In this document: piece after piece, positions 27,117 to 32,000 of the stretch | How positions within the stretch are numbered: position 1 is the first letter of the stretch | Layout of the letters: every line of letters starts with the position of its first letter | From: Opitutales bacterium | GTDB lineage: Bacteria; Verrucomicrobiota; Verrucomicrobiia; Opitutales; PNEW01 | Length of the DNA stretch: 32,000 nt | NCBI GenBank assembly: GCA_965219535.1 | Contig: CBDCNV010000001.1 | Span: 390,001-422,000 of the forward strand | Direction of reading: 5' to 3' | Translations under genes and position numbers: made by a program | Notes under the pieces: generated by a model | Databases searched by the model: none | What the model was told of the DNA's origin: nothing | What the model saw: only the letters and a program-made list of their open reading frames with translations

Positions 27117-27484
27117 TGGAAAACCTGACTTTTAATACCGGCTTTGTGGCAAAGATCGAGGAATATATCCTCTAATTGCTTATAACTATACTGTTTATAA
27201 CTTTTGCGGACTACGATCACAATATTAGCGTTATCACTTATTAAATGCAGGTTACGACGAAAAATTTCACGGAATACCCGTTTGGCTCGATTGCGGCAAA
27301 CCGCTTGACCAATTTTTCTACTGGCGATTATACCGAGTCGCGGGGGGGGTGCTTCACCTTCCTGTTTTGAACCTATTAATACTTGTAGGAGAAAAGCTCC
27401 ACCATTGATGTATTTACCATGATTGCGAACCGAAGTGAACTCTGCCGTCCGCCTCAAGCGGTGCCGGATGTTGCGCAGTCGCAT
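27113..27484 (-). CDS. rnpA: Ribonuclease P protein component
   Basis: 123-aa basic protein containing LGIIASRKIGQAVCRNRAKRVFREIFR, located between rpmH and yidD. Confidence 0.85.
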   Translation of the reverse strand: MRLRNIRHRLRRTAEFTSVRNHGKYINGGAFLLQVLIGSKQEGEAPPPRLGIIASRKIGQAVCRNRAKRVFREIFRRNLHLISDNANIVIVVRKSYKQYSYKQLEDIFLDLCHKAGIKSQVFQ

Positions 27485-27507
27485 TACGCTATTACGAGGC
27501 TTAAAGA

Positions 27508-27642
27508 TTAAAGAGCGAGACGTTTACGGCCTTTGGCTCGCCTTGCAGCTAGCACTTTACGGCCGCCACGCGTACTTTTACGTGCGCGAAATCCGAGTTT
27601 TCGCTTCCGTCTGATTTTCGATGGTCGATAAGTAGGCTTCAT
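27508..27642 (-). CDS. rpmH: 50S ribosomal protein L34
   Basis: [44 protein letters not shown] (44 aa). I used the internal ATG (complement of 27640-27642) instead of the 61-aa track ORF, because the extra 17 N-terminal residues are not L34-like. Confidence 0.9.
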   Translation of the reverse strand: MKPTYRPSKIRRKRKLGFRARKSTRGGRKVLAARRAKGRKRLAL

Positions 27643-27721
27643 AAACGTAATAGAAAAGCCTGAAAACAAATAGACTCCACACAGCAGTGTCAAGCGTACA
27701 GGCGACAGGATCTGCTATTCT

Positions 27722-28630
27722 CTAACTTATCAATAGTTCAAGAGCAGTTAAATATCGTTTTTGCGTGCCCGCGACGACTGATTCCGGGAGATGGGGGGCT
27801 GGCGGCTTTTTATCCCAATCGAGTGTTTCCAGGTAGTCGCGAACATATTGCTTATCATAGCTTGACTGGCTTTGCCCTGTTTTATATTCCGACTCTGGCC
27901 AGTAGCGTGAGGAATCGGGTGTAAGCATCTCGTCGATGAGGAATAATTTACCTTGCCCATCGAGACCAAATTCGAACTTTGTGTCGGCGAGAATAATATT
28001 CGCGTTCTTTGCGTGATTAACACCCAGTTGATATATCGCTATGCTCGTGTTTAGTACTTCACTATAATTTTCTTCCCCCAATATTTCTTCGCATTGAGCG
28101 AGAGAAATTGCCTCGTCATGTCCACTCGTAGCTTTCGTCGTGGGCGTAAAGAAGAGGTTGGGTAGGCGAGCACTTTCCTCTAAGCCTTCAGGCAGTGCCT
28201 GGCCAAAGAGCGAACCATCCTCCTGGTATGATTTCCAGCCGCTACCGGAGAGAAAGCCGCGAACAACGGCCTCTACGGGAAGCGGATCCAGTTTTTTAAC
28301 GAGCATACTGCGCGCAATTAGATGGGGGTAGTCAGCGAGTAATTCCTTGAGCGATTCCTCATGATTTTCTACCAGGTGATTTTCTATGATCTGTTGCGAT
28401 TCCCTGAACCAGTATAGACTTAGTTGAGTAAGAATGATTCCCTTAGCGGGGATTCCTTCAGGGAGAACGACATCGAATGCGGATATTCGATCGGTGGCGA
28501 TAATCAGCAGATTATCACCCAAATCGAAGATCTCACGCACTTTACCTGAACCGATTTTAGGCCAGGGTAAATTATCCACCTCGACGATGGGTTCAGGAGG
28601 GAGTGACTTTTTAAAAGTAGCGAAATCCAT
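27722..28630 (-). CDS. purC: Phosphoribosylaminoimidazole-succinocarboxamide (SAICAR) synthase
   Basis: 302-aa ORF containing GSGKVREIFDLGDNLLIIATDRISAFDVVLPEGIPAKG...ILADTKFEFG...LIDEMLTPDSSRYW. Confidence 0.9.
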   Translation of the reverse strand: MDFATFKKSLPPEPIVEVDNLPWPKIGSGKVREIFDLGDNLLIIATDRISAFDVVLPEGIPAKGIILTQLSLYWFRESQQIIENHLVENHEESLKELLADYPHLIARSMLVKKLDPLPVEAVVRGFLSGSGWKSYQEDGSLFGQALPEGLEESARLPNLFFTPTTKATSGHDEAISLAQCEEILGEENYSEVLNTSIAIYQLGVNHAKNANIILADTKFEFGLDGQGKLFLIDEMLTPDSSRYWPESEYKTGQSQSSYDKQYVRDYLETLDWDKKPPAPHLPESVVAGTQKRYLTALELLIS

Positions 28631-28773
28631 AACTGTTTTTAAATATGGGTATTTTTTATTTTTATTCCAAGCGTTGATTATTTACCGCATAAAGTCATAG
28701 GAATTTAAAGTATAAATCGAAAATGCTTGCACCCTCACTGCGAGAATCTAAATTTCTGGCCTTTCTCAATTAG

Positions 28774-28851
28774 CTCCCGTTCGTCTAGCTCGGTCCAGGA
28801 CACAGGGTTTTCATCCCTGCAACAGGGGTTCAAATCCCCTACGGGAGGCCA
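28774..28851 (+). tRNA. tRNA-Glu (anticodon TTC)
   Basis: Hand fold: CTCCCGT TC GTCT AGCTCGGTCCA GGAC A CAGGG TTTTCAT CCCTG CAAC AGGGG TTCAAAT CCCCT ACGGGAG G CCA. It is collinear with E. coli tRNA-Glu. By my fold the first pair is C1:G72. Confidence 0.85.
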
Positions 28852-28860
28852 TTCGATGGT

Positions 28861-28898
28861 GGATGTCGAGCTTCGCTCTCGGTAGCCGATTGGCGATG
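28861..28898 (+). repeat. GGATGTCGAGCTTCGC... repeat, copy B, followed by two degenerate units to ~28975
   Basis: GGATGTCGAGCTTCGCTCTCGGTAGCCGATTGGCGATG begins 9 nt after the tRNA-Glu(TTC) CCA. Degenerate relatives GGATGTCCATCCTTCGCACGAGGCTATGGATG and GGCGGGCTTCGCCCTCAGTAGCAGATTG follow. Confidence 0.75.
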
Positions 28899-29014
28899 AT
28901 GGATGTCCATCCTTCGCACGAGGCTATGGATGACAGGCGGGCTTCGCCCTCAGTAGCAGATTGATGATTGCTGATTGAGGGATTTTAATCCTAATATAAT
29001 TTATATCAGCTAAT

Positions 29015-29092
29015 GCCCCGTTCGTCTAGCCGGGCCAAGGACGCAGGGTTCTCATCCCTGAAACAGGGGTTCAAATCCCCTACGGGGTGCCA
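29015..29092 (+). tRNA. tRNA-Glu (anticodon CTC)
   Basis: Hand fold: GCCCCGT TC GTCT AGCCGGGCCAA GGAC G CAGGG TTCTCAT CCCTG AAAC AGGGG TTCAAAT CCCCT ACGGGGT G CCA. By my fold the first pair is G1-U72. It lies 241 bp downstream of the TTC isoacceptor. Confidence 0.85.
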
Positions 29093-29102
29093 TTTGATGG
29101 TG

Positions 29103-29140
29103 GGATGTCGAGCTTCGCCCTCGGGTAGGCGATTGGGGTG
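29103..29140 (+). repeat. GGATGTCGAGCTTCGC... repeat, copy C
   Basis: GGATGTCGAGCTTCGCCCTCGGGTAGGCGATTGGGGTG sits downstream of tRNA-Glu(CTC) in the same CCATT(C/T)GATGGTGG context as copy B. Confidence 0.75.
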
Positions 29141-29250
29141 AGTCGAAAGTCAAAGGTCTAATGTCGATAGTCTAATTGTTACCTTAAAGGTCGCGTGACG
29201 TGTCTTTGTATTCGTTTTCTGTAATTATAAAATACTCGAAATTACAAATT

Positions 29251-29328
29251 GGTGGAGCGGGCTGTCCCTAGCGCGCTTCTTAGTCATGAATAATCGAATA
29301 CAACGCGCTAGGGACAGCGCGTTCCACC
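29251..29328 (+). repeat. Palindromic REP/MITE-like hairpin element, copy 3
   Basis: GGTGGAGCGGGCTGTCCCTAGCGCG-28 nt-CGCGCTAGGGACAGCGCGTTCCACC, between tRNA-Glu (+) and the 3' end of the 735-aa gene (-). Confidence 0.9.
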
Positions 29329-29367
29329 TTATTACCTAACACTTAACACCTAAAACTGATCGATAGA

Positions 29368-31575
29368 TCATTCGATCGTTACCTCATCAATCTCGACGGT
29401 GACATCATCACCCTCTTCATTTGCGAAGGTGGCATTTATACTTCGCGTAGGCTGAGGGGTATTGTCGGATTTAAAATTGTTTTGGGTGATCAATCGATCG
29501 AAGCCACGTGTCGTTGAATCACTTTCTGCCACTACGATTGAAGCGCCGTTCGTTTGCACTAAGTCTCCTCCGGTAATTCGTAAACCGGGATTACCTGCGG
29601 CTACGGTGAACGATCCTTCACCGAACAAGAGGTGCGGGACTGCTTCGCCACTGGCATCTATGTCACCAATAGTTAAGCGTACCGCAATCGGTACCCCGCG
29701 CGCATCGACGCCGACCTTACCCGTGTTACCACTGAAGACAGTGTTTGATAATTGCATCCCACCCATTCCCGTGGAGTTAACTACTTCGACCAGGGTCACG
29801 TCAGCTTGCGCGTCGTAGATTTGTCCCTCGGGAAAGAGGGCCTGGTTCACCGCGTTAATTGATCCTACAGTGAAGATACTGAAAAAGGTATTAGCGTCAG
29901 CGCCCTCGATGACCACGCTGGGTTTGCCGGTGACATACTCTACAACTTGGTTGTAACGCGGTGGCAGGGCAGGGGGGAGGAAGGTGGCCGGGTCCAGGGT
30001 AACGGTAAAGGTGCCGCTCCCGGAAAATTCAACCTGCACGATGTCTTCGTCTTCGTCCATAAACGATACCCGAGTAATTTGATTCGGTCTCGCTTGAAGC
30101 TGAATGGATTCACCCGTGAGCAGGATCTGGTCAAAGACATTACCATTCGGATGCTGAATATTTTCACCGGCGATATCACCTGACCCATTGAGGACAAGGG
30201 GGACAGATGGAGCAGCCACGGTGATGACTGCAGTATCACTGTCGGTATTTCCTCCAGCATTGGAAATCCATACCCAGAAGCTTGTGCTCGCGGTGAGCGC
30301 GCCGGTGTCTAAAGTGCTACCGGTCGCGCCGCCTACAGGAGCAGCGGTGTCACCGCTGTTACCGGTATACCATTGATAGCTCAAGTCTTCTCCACTGGCG
30401 GTAACGGACAAACTCACCGAAGTGCCGGACTGCACTGCCTGGCTCGCGGGCTGAGTAGTGATGGATGGACCTTGTGCAGTAGGCGTATCTTCGAAACCCG
30501 GCGCACCGATCGGGGTAAAACCGAAATCGTCGATGCTCGTCGAGCTGATATTAAGATTTGCACGTATATTATCAGTATAGGTTATTTTGGCAATGCCGCC
30601 CACCGCACCCAATTCACTGGCTATTAATATAACCTGAAAAGGAAGGGTATTGGGGCTGAGGAATGCCGGCAGATCTTCGATCGTAACGAGCAAATTATCT
30701 TCCGTGTCAAATACCTCAATCGTACCGTCATCTTCGCCAACCGCTTGATCAAAGATGGCTGCGGCATAGAATTGAACCCGTGCTGCCGGCGTTTCGAAAG
30801 TGATCGTTCCGGTTTCACCTTCAAAAACTCTCCAGTAGTCGCAACATGAGCGGCTGAAACCTGAATGCAATGCTGTAAGGCCATTAGTAAACGTTGCGGT
30901 AAAAGGAGATGAGCCAACCGTAAAATTATCAATTCCTGTGGTGAATTCTTCAAATCGGGTATGCACGGTATTATTTCTTGGCACTTCTGAATGGGTAAAA
31001 CCAAGATCATCGATGACTAATTTTCCCGTGACATTAAATAATTTAACTTCAGTGATACCGTCAAAGTAGTAGTCGATATCAACAAAATTTGAAATGCCTT
31101 CAGGCACATTGACGAACCGTTGCACAGGAGGATTGCTATCGGGGCTGATACTGGTCGGTAAGCCAGTTATTGTATATTGCGGTAGTGGTATTAAGATTAA
31201 TTCAACATATCTCTTTTCTAAGCTAATTTCACCGACATTCCCAGGACCCCCGGCTTCAATTTTGCCCGCGCCCGTGTTCTCAGCCACGTAAAATTCGATT
31301 TCAGCAATTCCCTTTTCAGTGAAGATCTTCCCTTCTTCACCGGGACCCAGGGTTATAGCTTTGGTTCCCGAATGTAAGAGTGATGGATCATCTAAAGTTT
31401 CCACCTTAAAGCCAACTAACTTGATCCGGTTTGGCTCTACACCGATAAAAATTTCACCTTCCCCGCTGATGTCCTCAAAATCCGTGAATACTTCGAGGTC
31501 CTGCGGAAGAGCGCGAAGAAGAGTCGGAAATAAAAGTGAAATCAATAATACAGCTACGATATATCTAAAGTGCAT
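29368..31575 (-). CDS. Large secreted protein with a central Ig-like domain; function unknown
   Basis: 735-aa ORF with signal peptide MHFRYIVAVLLISLLFPTLLRALP. The central segment ITTQPASQAVQSGTSVSLSVTASGEDLSYQWYTGNSG...FWVWISNAGGNTDSDTAVITV is a typical bacterial Ig-like (I-set-like) module. The rest is beta-rich with no family I recognise. Confidence 0.6.
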   Translation of the reverse strand: MHFRYIVAVLLISLLFPTLLRALPQDLEVFTDFEDISGEGEIFIGVEPNRIKLVGFKVETLDDPSLLHSGTKAITLGPGEEGKIFTEKGIAEIEFYVAENTGAGKIEAGGPGNVGEISLEKRYVELILIPLPQYTITGLPTSISPDSNPPVQRFVNVPEGISNFVDIDYYFDGITEVKLFNVTGKLVIDDLGFTHSEVPRNNTVHTRFEEFTTGIDNFTVGSSPFTATFTNGLTALHSGFSRSCCDYWRVFEGETGTITFETPAARVQFYAAAIFDQAVGEDDGTIEVFDTEDNLLVTIEDLPAFLSPNTLPFQVILIASELGAVGGIAKITYTDNIRANLNISSTSIDDFGFTPIGAPGFEDTPTAQGPSITTQPASQAVQSGTSVSLSVTASGEDLSYQWYTGNSGDTAAPVGGATGSTLDTGALTASTSFWVWISNAGGNTDSDTAVITVAAPSVPLVLNGSGDIAGENIQHPNGNVFDQILLTGESIQLQARPNQITRVSFMDEDEDIVQVEFSGSGTFTVTLDPATFLPPALPPRYNQVVEYVTGKPSVVIEGADANTFFSIFTVGSINAVNQALFPEGQIYDAQADVTLVEVVNSTGMGGMQLSNTVFSGNTGKVGVDARGVPIAVRLTIGDIDASGEAVPHLLFGEGSFTVAAGNPGLRITGGDLVQTNGASIVVAESDSTTRGFDRLITQNNFKSDNTPQPTRSINATFANEEGDDVTVEIDEVTIE

Positions 31576-31624
31576 TGAAATATACGGGACATAATATTTA
31601 TGGCCCTAAATCTTAGGTAGGGCA

Positions 31625-32000
31625 TTACTCCTCAAGAAAAAACGGTTGGGTCCAGGCATTTCTCTCTCCCTCACCCCAACACTCGAAACGCAGGTAACCA
31701 GACATAGGCGGCCAATTTTCATCTTTGGATACATCCACTTTTATCATACCACTATCACTTGAGGCAATGCGTTGCCCATGTCGGGATATTCCTACGATTC
31801 TGCTCGCATTTTCACATTCTATTACGATTTCGGATCCTTCCACGTGAATGGTTTTTATGACGACACCGGTAGAACAATAAAAGCGTCCATTTTCTAATGA
31901 TTCCAAAATATTTTCAGAACTACGTGAGTCAGCATAAACAACATTCCATCCAACACCTGTATCAGAAATACCTGGCTTGCGGTTCCCCGCACACCAGAAA
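31625..32000 (-). CDS. C-terminal part of a conserved protein, possibly a PHP/CehA-type metal-dependent phosphoesterase; 5' end beyond the window
   Basis: The track ORF (31625-31906) continues without stops to the window edge in the same frame: FWCAGNRKPGISDTGVGWNVVYADSRSSENILESLENGRFYCSTG.... The motif 'ILESLENGRFYCSTG...YLRFECWG...AWTQPFF' resembles the C-terminal region of PHP/CehA-like hydrolases as I recall them. The assignment is tentative. Confidence 0.35.
   Translation of the reverse strand, partial: FWCAGNRKPGISDTGVGWNVVYADSRSSENILESLENGRFYCSTGVVIKTIHVEGSEIVIECENASRIVGISRHGQRIASSDSGMIKVDVSKDENWPPMSGYLRFECWGEGERNAWTQPFFLEE

Noticed and set aside
27643-27693. 61-aa version of rpmH given in the ORF track.
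   Set aside because: The extra N-terminal residues ([17 protein letters not shown]) are not L34-like. The canonical 44-aa protein starts at the internal ATG.
27485-27721. Replication origin (oriC) or dnaA next to the rpmH-rnpA-yidD-yidC cluster.
   Set aside because: The gene upstream of rpmH is purC, not dnaA. I found only isolated near-consensus DnaA-box-like 9-mers elsewhere (ATATCCACA at ~10261 and TTATCCACG at ~5093), with no cluster or AT-rich unwinding element.
30043-30058. A 16-nt match (GTCTTCGTCTTCGTCC) to the (CTTCGT)n repeat arms inside the 735-aa CDS.
   Set aside because: It encodes an acidic run (DEDEDI) on the coding strand and has no inverted partner nearby. This is most likely codon-repeat coincidence rather than a third element.

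Overview
This is a mostly housekeeping bacterial chromosomal window. A PVC/Verrucomicrobia-like origin is only my impression from the protein sequences and was not tested.

Recognisable genes:
- Cell maintenance and translation: ftsK, a rodZ-like gene, grpE-dnaJ, prmA, a yebC-family gene, the rpmH-rnpA-yidD-yidC cluster and purC.
- Sugar and cell-envelope metabolism: a type-I mannose-6-phosphate isomerase, an RfaE-II-like adenylyltransferase and a galactonate-dehydratase-like enolase-superfamily gene.
- Membrane organisation: an NfeD-NfeD-FloA (flotillin) operon.
- Other: a sodium:solute symporter, a class-III aminotransferase (partial at the left edge), DUF3179 and DUF1761 proteins, an MBL-fold hydrolase and a large secreted Ig-like-domain protein.
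- Three tRNAs: Asn-GTT, Glu-TTC and Glu-CTC.

The most unusual locus is 9163-10031 on the minus strand. An intact tRNA-Asn is followed by two ~99% identical 397-bp tandem units. Each unit holds a small GIY-YIG (COG2827/URI-type) nuclease ORF plus a rearranged copy of the 3' two-thirds of tRNA-Asn, carrying the same two insertions in both copies. The ORFs fill the space between tRNA(-like) 3' ends completely, so they are probably co-transcribed with the tRNA.

Three further intergenic repeat families are present:
- a 75-78 bp palindromic REP/MITE-like hairpin, three copies, all between convergent genes;
- long inverted repeats with (CTTCGT)n arms, two copies, one hosting the hairpin element;
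- a short GGATGTCGAGCTTCGC... repeat that follows both tRNA-Glu genes and also sits beside the tRNA-Asn array.

One solute-binding-protein gene is frameshifted in a G-run. I saw no CRISPR array, integrase, transposase or recognisable defence genes.
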